A stretch of DNA of 64,000 bases from the NCBI RefSeq assembly GCF_000026545.1, contig NC_011601.1; one strand, 5' to 3'. The notes under the pieces are model-generated. The model was not told the DNA's origin and searched no databases. It saw nothing but the letters and a program-made list of their open reading frames with translations. A program made the position numbers and the translations under genes. Below, in pieces: positions 42,825 through 53,604 of this stretch. Numbering within the stretch: position 1 is the first letter of the stretch; each line of letters begins with the position of its first letter. This DNA comes from Escherichia coli O127:H6 str. E2348/69. Lineage in GTDB: Bacteria; Pseudomonadota; Gammaproteobacteria; Enterobacterales; Enterobacteriaceae.

Positions 42825-45146
42825 ATGATGAATGATTCGTTCTGCCGCATTATTGCGGGTGAAATTCAGGCGCGCCCGGAACAGGTTGACGCTGCCGTTC
42901 GCCTGCTTGACGAAGGGAATACCGTGCCGTTTATCGCACGTTATCGTAAGGAAATCACCGGCGGTCTGGATGACACGCAGCTGCGTAATCTGGAAACGCG
43001 TCTGAGCTATCTGCGCGAGCTGGAAGAGAGACGTCAGGCGATCCTCAAGTCCATTTCCGAGCAAGGCAAACTCACCGATGATCTGGCGAATGCCATCAAC
43101 GCCACCCTAAGCAAAACCGAACTCGAAGACCTCTACCTGCCCTACAAACCTAAACGCCGCACCCGTGGGCAAATCGCCATTGAAGCAGGGCTTGAGCCGT
43201 TGGCCGATCTGCTGTGGAGCGATCCGTCACACACGCCAGAAGTCGCCGCTGCACAATATATTGATGCCGATAAAGGCGTGGCAGATACCAAAGCCGCGCT
43301 GGACGGCGCGCGCTATATCCTGATGGAACGGTTTGCCGAAGATGCCGCGCTGCTGGCGAAAGTGCGTGATTATCTGTGGAAGAACGCGCATTTGGTTTCT
43401 ACGGTGGCGAGCGGTAAAGAAGAGGAAGGGGCGAAATTCCGCGACTATTTCGATCATCACGAACCGCTGTCCACGGTGCCTTCTCACCGCGCGCTGGCGA
43501 TGTTCCGTGGTCGTAACGAAGGCATACTTCAGCTTTCGCTGAATGCCGATCCGCAGTTCGAAGAACCGCCGAAAGAGAGCTATTGCGAGCAAATCATCAT
43601 GGATCACCTTGGCCTGCGCCTGAACAATGCCCCAGCGGATAGCTGGCGCAAAGGTGTGGTGAGCTGGACGTGGCGCATCAAGGTGTTGATGCATCTGGAA
43701 ACTGAACTGATGGGCACCGTGCGCGAACGCGCGGAAGATGAAGCAATCAACGTCTTTGCCCGTAACCTGCATGATCTGCTGATGGCGGCCCCTGCCGGGC
43801 TGCGTGCAACGATGGGCCTCGATCCGGGTCTGCGTACTGGGGTAAAAGTGGCGGTAGTCGATGCAACTGGCAAACTGGTGGCGACCGATACCATTTATCC
43901 GCATACCGGGCAGGCCGCAAAAGCAGCGATGACCGTTGCTGCGCTGTGTGAAAAGCATAATGTTGAACTGGTGGCGATCGGCAACGGTACAGCTTCTCGC
44001 GAAACCGAACGTTTCTATCTCGACGTGCAGAAGCAGTTCCCGAAAGTGACCGCGCAGAAAGTGATCGTCAGCGAAGCTGGCGCGTCGGTTTACTCGGCTT
44101 CCGAGCTGGCAGCACAGGAATTCCCGGATCTCGACGTTTCGCTGCGTGGCGCGGTGTCTATCGCCCGTCGTTTGCAGGATCCGCTGGCGGAGCTGGTGAA
44201 AATCGATCCGAAATCTATCGGCGTAGGTCAGTATCAGCATGACGTCAGCCAGACGCAGCTGGCACGCAAACTGGATGCAGTAGTAGAAGACTGCGTAAAC
44301 GCCGTTGGCGTCGATCTCAACACCGCTTCTGTTCCTCTGTTAACCCGCGTGGCGGGCCTGACGCGCATGATGGCGCAAAACATCGTAGCCTGGCGCGATG
44401 AGAACGGCCAGTTCCAGAACCGTCAGCAACTGTTAAAAGTGAGCCGTCTGGGGCCGAAAGCCTTCGAGCAGTGCGCGGGTTTCTTGCGCATTAACCACGG
44501 TGATAACCCGCTGGACGCTTCTACCGTTCACCCGGAAGCCTATCCGGTGGTGGAACGCATTCTGGCAGCAACACAGCAGGCACTGAAAGATCTGATGGGT
44601 AACAGCAGCAAACTGCGTAACCTGAAAGCATCTGGCTTTACTGATGAGAAATTCGGTGTGCCGACGGTAACCGACATCATCAAAGAGCTGGAAAAACCGG
44701 GTCGCGATCCGCGTCCGGAATTTAAAACCGCTCAGTTTGCCGATGGCGTCGAGACAATGAACGACCTGCAACCGGGTATGATCCTCGAAGGTGCGGTGAC
44801 CAACGTCACCAACTTTGGCGCGTTTGTCGATATTGGCGTGCATCAGGACGGCCTGGTTCACATCTCTTCATTGTCGAACAAGTTTGTGGAAGATCCGCAT
44901 ACCGTGGTGAAAGCGGGCGACATTGTGAAGGTGAAAGTGCTGGAAGTGGATCTTCAGCGTAAACGTATCGCCCTGACCATGCGTCTGGACGAGCAGCCTG
45001 GCGAAACCAACGCCCGTCGCGGCGGCGGTAATGAACGCCCGCAAAACAACCGCCCGGCAGCCAAAACGCGTGGGCGTGAAGCGCAGCCTGCCGGTAACAG
45101 CGCGATGATGGATGCGCTGGCGGCGGCAATGGGCAAAAAACGTTAA
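42825..45146 (+). CDS. tex: Tex (YhgF), S1-domain transcription accessory protein, 773 aa
   Basis: ORF 42825..45146 (+), 773 aa; YqgF/RuvC-like and HhH domains and a C-terminal S1 domain ([21 protein letters not shown]). Confidence 0.94.
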   Translation: MMNDSFCRIIAGEIQARPEQVDAAVRLLDEGNTVPFIARYRKEITGGLDDTQLRNLETRLSYLRELEERRQAILKSISEQGKLTDDLANAINATLSKTELEDLYLPYKPKRRTRGQIAIEAGLEPLADLLWSDPSHTPEVAAAQYIDADKGVADTKAALDGARYILMERFAEDAALLAKVRDYLWKNAHLVSTVASGKEEEGAKFRDYFDHHEPLSTVPSHRALAMFRGRNEGILQLSLNADPQFEEPPKESYCEQIIMDHLGLRLNNAPADSWRKGVVSWTWRIKVLMHLETELMGTVRERAEDEAINVFARNLHDLLMAAPAGLRATMGLDPGLRTGVKVAVVDATGKLVATDTIYPHTGQAAKAAMTVAALCEKHNVELVAIGNGTASRETERFYLDVQKQFPKVTAQKVIVSEAGASVYSASELAAQEFPDLDVSLRGAVSIARRLQDPLAELVKIDPKSIGVGQYQHDVSQTQLARKLDAVVEDCVNAVGVDLNTASVPLLTRVAGLTRMMAQNIVAWRDENGQFQNRQQLLKVSRLGPKAFEQCAGFLRINHGDNPLDASTVHPEAYPVVERILAATQQALKDLMGNSSKLRNLKASGFTDEKFGVPTVTDIIKELEKPGRDPRPEFKTAQFADGVETMNDLQPGMILEGAVTNVTNFGAFVDIGVHQDGLVHISSLSNKFVEDPHTVVKAGDIVKVKVLEVDLQRKRIALTMRLDEQPGETNARRGGGNERPQNNRPAAKTRGREAQPAGNSAMMDALAAAMGKKR

Positions 45147-45227
45147 ACGCCCGGACTGGCCCCTAAACCTGCGCGATTAGGCGTTCACGCCGCATCTGGC
45201 AACGAACGCCTTGCCTGACATAAAAGT

Positions 45228-45253
45228 GCCGGAGAATATCTCCGGTCTTTTTA
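45228..45253 (+). terminator. Hairpin plus T-run downstream of tex
   Basis: gccggaga-ata-tctccggtc followed by ttttt. Confidence 0.6.
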
Positions 45254-45380
45254 TTCCACAACCAAACTCATAATAGATTCCGTTAATATTTATCACTTCA
45301 TTAACAACTGAAACCTTAATTAAACATTAACCAGCCCTAATAATTCGTCATGCGAATTATATTTTCGCTGCGATATAACC

Positions 45381-45394
45381 TTGAGCCATATCAA
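45381..45394 (+). promoter_or_regulatory. FNR-like site upstream of feoA (TTGAG-N4-ATCAA)
   Basis: ttgagccatatcaa, one mismatch from the TTGAT-N4-ATCAA consensus; feoABC is known to be FNR-activated. Confidence 0.45.
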
Positions 45395-45452
45395 CATTGA
45401 GTCAGATTATTATTCAAACCAACATTCACACACATTTTAAGTATTGCTGATA

Positions 45453-45473
45453 GAAACCATTCTCATTATCATT
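45453..45473 (+). promoter_or_regulatory. Fur-box-like sequence in the feoA promoter region
   Basis: gaaaccattctcattatcatt contains the TCATTATC core of the Fur consensus (GATAATGATAATCATTATC); about 110 bp upstream of the feoA ATG. Confidence 0.45.
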
Positions 45474-45583
45474 GTACTGTTGATTATTTAATCTCTCCTT
45501 CGTTGGCAAATCATCTGGTCTCATGTCGCTGTCAAACGCCCCATGAGGTAGTTATCCAGTTAATGAGAAACAAGTAGGCACCT

Positions 45584-45811
45584 ATGCAATATACTCCAGA
45601 TACTGCGTGGAAAATTACTGGCTTTTCCCGTGAAATCAGCCCGGCATATCGCCAAAAACTGCTTTCTCTTGGCATGTTACCTGGCTCCTCTTTTAATGTG
45701 GTGCGCGTCGCTCCACTCGGCGACCCCATTCATATCGAAACCCGTCGTGTGAGCCTGGTATTACGCAAAAAAGATCTGGCCTTATTAGAAGTGGAAGCGG
45801 TTTCCTGTTAA
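45584..45811 (+). CDS. feoA: Ferrous iron transport protein A, 75 aa
   Basis: ORF 45584..45811 (+), 75 aa ([41 protein letters not shown]...). Confidence 0.95.
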   Translation: MQYTPDTAWKITGFSREISPAYRQKLLSLGMLPGSSFNVVRVAPLGDPIHIETRRVSLVLRKKDLALLEVEAVSC

Positions 45812-45827
45812 TACGGTGATAACAACA

Positions 45828-48149
45828 ATGAAAAAATTAACCATTGGCTTAATTGGTAATCCAAATTCTGGCAAGACAACGTTATTTAACCAGCTCACTG
45901 GCTCACGTCAGCGTGTAGGTAACTGGGCTGGCGTTACCGTCGAACGTAAAGAAGGGCAATTCTCCACCACCGATCATCAGGTCACGCTGGTGGACCTGCC
46001 CGGCACCTATTCTCTGACCACCATCTCATCGCAGACCTCGCTCGATGAGCAAATCGCCTGTCACTACATTTTGAGTGGCGACGCAGACCTGCTGATTAAC
46101 GTGGTGGATGCGTCTAACCTTGAGCGTAACCTGTACCTGACGCTGCAACTGTTGGAACTCGGCATTCCATGCATCGTGGCGCTGAACATGCTCGACATTG
46201 CCGAGAAGCAAAATATTCGCATTGAAATTGATGCGCTGTCGGCGCGTCTTGGCTGCCCGGTGATCCCGCTGGTTTCAACCCGTGGTCGCGGTATTGAAGC
46301 GCTCAAGCTGGCGATTGATCGCTATAAAGCTAACGAGAATGTGGAACTGGTGCATTACGCTCAGCCGCTGCTCAACGAAGCAGATTCACTGGCAAAAGTG
46401 ATGCGTTCCGACATCTCGCTGAAACAACGTCGCTGGCTGGGCCTGCAAATGCTGGAAGGCGATATCTACAGCCGCGCCTACGCCGGTGAAGCGTCGCAGC
46501 ATCTGGATGCCGCCCTCGCCCGTCTGCGTAATGAGATGGACGATCCGGCGCTGCACATTGCCGATGCTCGTTACCAGTGCATTGCCGCCATCTGTGATGT
46601 GGTAAGCAACACCCTGACGGCAGAACCCAGCCGTTTCACCACTGCGATAGATAAAATCGTGCTCAACCGTTTCCTCGGTCTGCCGATTTTCCTCTTTGTG
46701 ATGTACCTGATGTTCTTGCTGGCTATCAACATCGGCGGGGCGTTACAGCCGCTGTTTGACGTCGGCTCCGTAGCACTCTTTGTGCATGGTATTCAGTGGA
46801 TTGGCTACACGCTCCACTTCCCGGACTGGCTGACTATCTTCCTCGCCCAAGGCCTGGGCGGCGGTATTAACACCGTGCTGCCACTGGTGCCGCAGATCGG
46901 CATGATGTACCTGTTCCTCTCCTTCCTTGAGGACTCCGGCTATATGGCGCGTGCGGCGTTTGTGATGGACCGTCTGATGCAGGCGCTGGGCTTGCCGGGG
47001 AAATCCTTTGTACCGCTGATCGTTGGTTTCGGTTGTAACGTACCGTCGGTAATGGGCGCACGTACGCTTGATGCACCGCGTGAACGTCTGATGACCATCA
47101 TGATGGCACCGTTTATGTCCTGCGGCGCGCGTCTGGCTATCTTCGCAGTATTTGCGGCTGCCTTCTTCGGGCAGAACGGTGCGCTGGCGGTCTTCTCGCT
47201 GTATATGCTCGGTATTGTGATGGCGGTGCTGACTGGCCTGATGCTCAAGTACACCATCATGCGCGGTGAAGCGACGCCGTTTGTCATGGAGCTGCCGGTC
47301 TACCATGTACCACACGTTAAAAGCCTGATTATCCAGACCTGGCAGCGTCTGAAAGGCTTCGTTCTGCGTGCTGGTAAAGTGATTATCATCGTCAGCATTT
47401 TCCTGAGTGCTTTCAACAGCTTCTCTCTGAGCGGGAAAATCGTCGATAACATCAACGACTCGGCGCTGGCGTCCGTCAGCCGGGTGATCACCCCGGTCTT
47501 CAAGCCAATTGGCGTGCATGAAGATAACTGGCAGGCAACGGTTGGCCTGTTTACAGGTGCCATGGCGAAAGAAGTGGTAGTGGGTACGCTCAACACCCTC
47601 TACACCGCAGAAAATATTCAGGACGAAGAGTTCAATCCGGCAGAGTTTAACCTCGGTGAAGAGCTGTTCAGTGCGATAGATGAAACCTGGCAGAGCCTGA
47701 AAGACACCTTCAGCCTTAGCGTACTGATGAACCCCATTGAAGCCAGCAAAGGCGACGGCGAAATGGGTACCGGGGCGATGGGCGTGATGGATCAGAAATT
47801 CGGTAGCGCAGCAGCAGCTTACAGCTACCTGATTTTCGTCCTGCTGTATGTACCATGTATCTCGGTGATGGGAGCCATCGCCCGTGAATCAAGCCGTGGC
47901 TGGATGGGCTTCTCCATCCTGTGGGGGCTGAATATCGCTTACTCGCTGGCAACATTGTTCTATCAGGTCGCCAGCTACAGTCAGCACCCAACTTACAGCC
48001 TGGTGTGCATTCTGGCGGTTATCCTGTTTAACATCGTGGTTATCGGTCTGCTGCGCCGCGCGCGTAGCCGGGTGGATATCGAACTGCTGGCAACCCGCAA
48101 GTCGGTAAGCAGTTGCTGCGCAGCCAGCACCACCGGTGATTGCCATTAA
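45828..48149 (+). CDS. feoB: Ferrous iron transporter FeoB (N-terminal GTPase plus membrane permease), 773 aa
   Basis: ORF track 45816..48149; start assigned to [25 protein letters not shown] (G1 motif). Confidence 0.96.
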   Translation: MKKLTIGLIGNPNSGKTTLFNQLTGSRQRVGNWAGVTVERKEGQFSTTDHQVTLVDLPGTYSLTTISSQTSLDEQIACHYILSGDADLLINVVDASNLERNLYLTLQLLELGIPCIVALNMLDIAEKQNIRIEIDALSARLGCPVIPLVSTRGRGIEALKLAIDRYKANENVELVHYAQPLLNEADSLAKVMRSDISLKQRRWLGLQMLEGDIYSRAYAGEASQHLDAALARLRNEMDDPALHIADARYQCIAAICDVVSNTLTAEPSRFTTAIDKIVLNRFLGLPIFLFVMYLMFLLAINIGGALQPLFDVGSVALFVHGIQWIGYTLHFPDWLTIFLAQGLGGGINTVLPLVPQIGMMYLFLSFLEDSGYMARAAFVMDRLMQALGLPGKSFVPLIVGFGCNVPSVMGARTLDAPRERLMTIMMAPFMSCGARLAIFAVFAAAFFGQNGALAVFSLYMLGIVMAVLTGLMLKYTIMRGEATPFVMELPVYHVPHVKSLIIQTWQRLKGFVLRAGKVIIIVSIFLSAFNSFSLSGKIVDNINDSALASVSRVITPVFKPIGVHEDNWQATVGLFTGAMAKEVVVGTLNTLYTAENIQDEEFNPAEFNLGEELFSAIDETWQSLKDTFSLSVLMNPIEASKGDGEMGTGAMGVMDQKFGSAAAAYSYLIFVLLYVPCISVMGAIARESSRGWMGFSILWGLNIAYSLATLFYQVASYSQHPTYSLVCILAVILFNIVVIGLLRRARSRVDIELLATRKSVSSCCAASTTGDCH

Positions 48150-48385
48150 TGGCTTCACTTATTCAGGTGCGTGATTTGCTGGCGTTACGGAGCCGTATGG
48201 AAGCGGCCCAGATAAGCCAGACATTGAACACTCCGCAGCCAATGATTAACGCCATGCTGCAACAGTTGGAAAGCATGGGCAAAGCCGTGCGGATTCAGGA
48301 AGAACCTGACGGCTGCCTCTCTGGCAGTTGTAAAAGCTGCCCGGAAGGCAAAGCCTGTCTGCGCGAGTGGTGGGCGCTGCGTTAA
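48149..48385 (+). CDS. feoC: FeoC (winged-helix, Cys-rich), 78 aa
   Basis: ORF track 48140..48385; [14 protein letters not shown] start overlapping the feoB stop; C-terminal CxxGxCKxCPxGxAC cluster. Confidence 0.9.
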   Translation: MASLIQVRDLLALRSRMEAAQISQTLNTPQPMINAMLQQLESMGKAVRIQEEPDGCLSGSCKSCPEGKACLREWWALR

Positions 48386-48406
48386 CCATACTCCATCGCC
48401 TGTTTT

Positions 48407-48442
48407 GAAAAGCCCGGTATGCGTTTGCATCCGGGCTTTTTT
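48407..48442 (+). terminator. Rho-independent terminator after feoC
   Basis: aaaagcccgg-tatgcgtttgcat-ccgggctttttt. Confidence 0.8.
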
Positions 48443-48587
48443 GCGTGCGGCTTTCCATAAAAATGCAATTCTTGCAGTACAACGTAAGTTCCTCTGAAAG
48501 CATCTCGCAGGGATGAAAACTCGCTAATGCACAGGTGTGGAGTGGCGCGTAGAGTCACGGCATTCAAACAACAGGTGAAGGAACGCC

Positions 48588-49469
48588 ATGAGCAAAAAGC
48601 AGAGTTCCACCCCACATGATGCACTGTTCAAACTCTTTTTACGCCAACCGGACACGGCACGCGATTTTCTTGCGTTCCATTTACCGGCACCTATTCACGC
48701 GCTCTGTGATATGAAAACCCTCAAGCTGGAGTCGAGCAGCTTTATTGATGATGATCTGCGTGAAAGCTATTCCGACGTGCTGTGGTCGGTGAAAACGGAA
48801 CAAGGACCGGGATATATCTATTGTCTGATTGAACATCAAAGCACCTCAAACAAACTGATCGCATTTCGCATGATGCGTTACGCTATTGCCGCAATGCAAA
48901 ATCACCTGGATGCCGGATACAAAACGTTGCCGATGGTGGTGCCATTGTTGTTTTACCACGGCATTGAAAGCCCCTATCCCTATTCACTGTGTTGGCTGGA
49001 TTGTTTCGCCGATCCCAAACTGGCAAGGCAGCTTTATGCCTCTGCATTTCCGCTGATTGATGTCACTGTCATGCCTGATGATGAAATCATGCAGCACCGG
49101 CGCATGGCGCTGCTGGAGCTAATTCAAAAACATATACGTCAACGCGACCTGATGGGGCTGGTAGAGCAAATGGCCTGCTTATTAAGTAGTGGATACGCTA
49201 ATGACAGACAAATCAAAGGGCTGTTTAATTACATACTACAAACCGGCGATGCGGTACGTTTTAACGATTTTATCGACGGCGTTGCCGAACGTTCACCGAA
49301 ACACAAGGAGAGTTTAATGACTATTGCGGAAAGATTGCGGCAAGAAGGGTTTCAGAAAGGTATACGAGCTATCGCCAAAACCATGCTGGATGCCGGAGTC
49401 CCTCTTGAGGACGTTCTGCGATTTACCAGCCTGACGGTTGAAGACCTTGCTGAAATAAATCATCAATAA
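48588..49469 (+). CDS. yhgA: Rpn-family recombination-promoting nuclease / 'putative transposase' YhgA (RpnA), 293 aa
   Basis: ORF 48588..49469 (+), 293 aa ([28 protein letters not shown]...), typical Rpn/YhgA N-terminus; no terminal inverted repeats seen around it. Confidence 0.88.
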   Translation: MSKKQSSTPHDALFKLFLRQPDTARDFLAFHLPAPIHALCDMKTLKLESSSFIDDDLRESYSDVLWSVKTEQGPGYIYCLIEHQSTSNKLIAFRMMRYAIAAMQNHLDAGYKTLPMVVPLLFYHGIESPYPYSLCWLDCFADPKLARQLYASAFPLIDVTVMPDDEIMQHRRMALLELIQKHIRQRDLMGLVEQMACLLSSGYANDRQIKGLFNYILQTGDAVRFNDFIDGVAERSPKHKESLMTIAERLRQEGFQKGIRAIAKTMLDAGVPLEDVLRFTSLTVEDLAEINHQ

Positions 49470-49486
49470 CGTAAAGGATGGTTTTA

Positions 49487-49660
49487 ATGACAGATGCAGA
49501 AAGAGAATATCTTATTAGTTACCTGATTGGTTATTTATTGGGTCGACGCCTGGAAGCCCTGGATATCGCCAAAAGAATGCTGTAATCCGGAGTCCCTCTT
49601 GCAGACATCATGCGCTTTACCGGGGTGTCAGAAGAAGAGTTGGCTGCGGCGAGCCAGTAA
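49487..49660 (+). pseudogene. Small Rpn-C-terminal-domain-like ORF interrupted by an in-frame TAA (32 codons + stop + 24 codons)
   Basis: ATG 49487 gives MTDAEREYLISYLIGYLLGRRLEALDIAKRML, then TAA (49583-85), then in frame SGVPLADIMRFTGVSEEELAAASQ*. The second part parallels the YhgA C-terminus [25 protein letters not shown] and shares the 15-mer ccggagtccctcttg (49393-49407 and 49587-49601). Confidence 0.45.
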
Positions 49661-49688
49661 AGTTCTGTCTCGCCATTTCAAAAGCCAC

Positions 49689-50477
<789 letters not shown>

Positions 50478-50478
50478 T

Positions 50479-51180
<702 letters not shown>

Positions 51181-51238
51181 AGCCTCGATGATGGGCGTAT
51201 TATAACCAACTAAAATAGTCAACTATTAGGCCATTACT

Positions 51239-51814
51239 ATGATCCGTATTTCCGATGCTGCACAAGCGCACTTTGCCAAACTGCTGGCAAATCAGGAAGA
51301 AGGGACACAAATCCGCGTATTTGTGATTAACCCTGGCACGCCTAACGCTGAATGTGGTGTTTCTTATTGCCCGCCGGACGCTGTGGAAGCCACCGACACC
51401 GCCCTGAAATTTGACCTGCTGACCGCGTATGTTGATGAGTTAAGCGCTCCTTACCTGGAAGATGCAGAGATCGATTTTGTTACCGACCAGTTGGGTTCGC
51501 AGCTGACGCTGAAAGCGCCTAACGCCAAAATGCGTAAAGTGGCTGACGATGCGCCGCTGATGGAGCGCGTGGAGTATATGCTGCAATCACAGATCAACCC
51601 ACAGCTTGCTGGTCACGGTGGTCGCGTTTCGCTGATGGAAATCACCGAAGACGGTTACGCCATTTTGCAATTTGGCGGCGGCTGTAACGGTTGTTCCATG
51701 GTCGATGTAACGCTGAAAGAGGGGATCGAGAAGCAGTTGCTGAACGAATTCCCGGAGCTGAAAGGTGTACGCGATCTCACCGAACACCAACGCGGCGAGC
51801 ACTCTTACTACTAA
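51239..51814 (+). CDS. nfuA: Fe-S cluster carrier protein NfuA, 191 aa
   Basis: ORF 51239..51814 (+), 191 aa; C-terminal Nfu CxxC motif (GGGCNGCSM). Confidence 0.95.
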
Positions 51815-52001
51815 GTTCTCTCCTCTTTTGTCGATTGCCCGATGTGACGCTAAAGCGTCTTATCGGGCCTGTACGTTGCACGAGAGTCTGACATTAGCGC
51901 AGAATTACCTCAGCAAATCCAATCTCTTCGTTTCCCCACGATAATATGACCAACCTCTCATAATTTAAATTTACCCCGCTCTGGTGATTCTCAAGCACGT
52001 A

Positions 52002-52017
52002 ATGTTACCCGTATCAT
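52002..52017 (+). promoter_or_regulatory. GntR operator-like site 1 in the gntT regulatory region
   Basis: atgttacccgtatcat resembles the GntR operator (ATGTTACCCGTATCAT-type); assignment from memory of gntT regulation. Confidence 0.5.
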
Positions 52018-52142
52018 TCCCATGGGCACCAAACACACTCATAACATCTGACTACACTAACTCGTTTTAGGGGTCATCAGCCGTGGTGCCGTAACATCTC
52101 TGTTCCCAGTTGGGACAACCAGGATTTTCCGTCAGAAACCTG

Positions 52143-52158
52143 ACGTTACCCATAACAA
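52143..52158 (+). promoter_or_regulatory. GntR operator-like site 2 in the gntT regulatory region
   Basis: acgttacccataacaa, second copy of the GTTACCC core, about 20 nt upstream of the gntT ATG. Confidence 0.45.
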
Positions 52159-52177
52159 ATTAAAGGCCAGGTAAATC

Positions 52178-53494
52178 ATGCCATTAGTCATTGTTGCTAT
52201 CGGTGTAATCTTGTTATTACTCCTGATGATCCGCTTCAAAATGAACGGTTTCATCGCTCTCGTCCTCGTGGCGCTTGCTGTTGGATTAATGCAAGGAATG
52301 CCGCTGGATAAAGTTATTGGCTCCATCAAAGCCGGTGTCGGCGGAACGCTCGGTAGCCTTGCCCTGATCATGGGTTTTGGCGCAATGCTGGGCAAAATGC
52401 TGGCAGACTGCGGTGGCGCACAACGTATCGCCACCACGCTGATTGCTAAATTTGGTAAAAAACACATCCAGTGGGCGGTGGTACTGACCGGTTTTACCGT
52501 TGGTTTTGCCCTGTTCTATGAAGTGGGTTTCGTGCTGATGCTGCCGCTGGTGTTTACCATCGCGGCTTCCGCGAATATTCCACTGCTGTATGTTGGTGTA
52601 CCAATGGCGGCTGCACTGTCTGTGACCCACGGCTTCCTGCCACCGCATCCGGGTCCGACTGCGATTGCCACCATTTTCAATGCCGATATGGGTAAAACCC
52701 TGCTGTACGGTACTATTCTGGCAATCCCGACCGTTATTCTCGCCGGTCCGGTTTACGCTCGCGTGCTGAAAGGTATCGATAAGCCAATCCCGGAAGGTCT
52801 GTACAGCGCGAAAACCTTCAGCGAAGAAGAGATGCCAAGCTTTGGCGTCAGCGTCTGGACTTCTCTGGTGCCGGTTGTGCTGATGGCGATGCGTGCAATT
52901 GCCGAAATGATCCTGCCGAAAGGTCACGCTTTCCTGCCGGTGGCGGAGTTCCTCGGTGACCCGGTAATGGCAACGCTGATTGCCGTGCTGATTGCTATGT
53001 TCACCTTTGGTCTGAACCGTGGTCGTTCAATGGATCAGATTAACGACACGCTGGTTTCTTCCATCAAAATCATCGCGATGATGCTGTTGATCATCGGTGG
53101 TGGCGGTGCGTTCAAGCAGGTGCTGGTAGACAGCGGCGTGGACAAATACATTGCTTCCATGATGCACGAAACCAACATTTCTCCGCTGCTGATGGCCTGG
53201 TCGATTGCCGCCGTACTGCGTATCGCGCTGGGTTCCGCAACCGTTGCGGCAATCACTGCGGGGGGTATCGCGGCACCACTAATTGCAACGACGGGTGTTA
53301 GCCCGGAACTGATGGTTATTGCGGTTGGTTCCGGTAGTGTGATTTTCTCTCACGTGAACGATCCGGGCTTCTGGCTGTTCAAAGAGTACTTTAACCTGAC
53401 TATCGGCGAGACCATCAAGTCCTGGTCGATGCTGGAAACCATTATCTCGGTGTGCGGTCTGGTAGGCTGTCTGCTGCTGAATATGGTGATTTGA
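52178..53494 (+). CDS. gntT: High-affinity gluconate:H+ symporter GntT, 438 aa
   Basis: ORF 52178..53494 (+), 438 aa; GntP-family permease (MPLVIVAIGVILLLLLMIRFKMNGF...). Confidence 0.95.
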   Translation: MPLVIVAIGVILLLLLMIRFKMNGFIALVLVALAVGLMQGMPLDKVIGSIKAGVGGTLGSLALIMGFGAMLGKMLADCGGAQRIATTLIAKFGKKHIQWAVVLTGFTVGFALFYEVGFVLMLPLVFTIAASANIPLLYVGVPMAAALSVTHGFLPPHPGPTAIATIFNADMGKTLLYGTILAIPTVILAGPVYARVLKGIDKPIPEGLYSAKTFSEEEMPSFGVSVWTSLVPVVLMAMRAIAEMILPKGHAFLPVAEFLGDPVMATLIAVLIAMFTFGLNRGRSMDQINDTLVSSIKIIAMMLLIIGGGGAFKQVLVDSGVDKYIASMMHETNISPLLMAWSIAAVLRIALGSATVAAITAGGIAAPLIATTGVSPELMVIAVGSGSVIFSHVNDPGFWLFKEYFNLTIGETIKSWSMLETIISVCGLVGCLLLNMVI

Positions 53495-53506
53495 TAATAC
53501 TGATAG

Positions 53507-53593
53507 CCGGATGCGGCGTGAACGCCTTATCCGGCCTACGATTCGGCATTAATTAGTAGGCCGGATAAGACGCGTCAAGCGTCGCATCCGGCA
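53507..53593. repeat. BIME: two inverted REP elements between convergent gntT and malQ
   Basis: gccggatgcggcgtgaacgccttatccggcctac (53507-53540) and taggccggataagacgcgtcaagcgtcgcatccggca (53558-53593) in opposite orientation. Confidence 0.85.
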
Positions 53594-53604
53594 TCAACCG
53601 CACT

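Noticed and set aside
43227-44240. 337-aa minus-strand ORF inside tex
   Set aside because: Antisense to the conserved tex coding sequence; no independent features.
46743-47519. 258-aa minus-strand ORF inside feoB
   Set aside because: Antisense to feoB; His/Arg-rich artefactual composition.
48588-49469. Possible insertion sequence, since yhgA is often annotated 'putative transposase'
   Set aside because: No terminal inverted repeats or target-site duplications are visible around it; YhgA/RpnA is a chromosomal Rpn-family nuclease rather than a true IS transposase, so it is annotated as a CDS.
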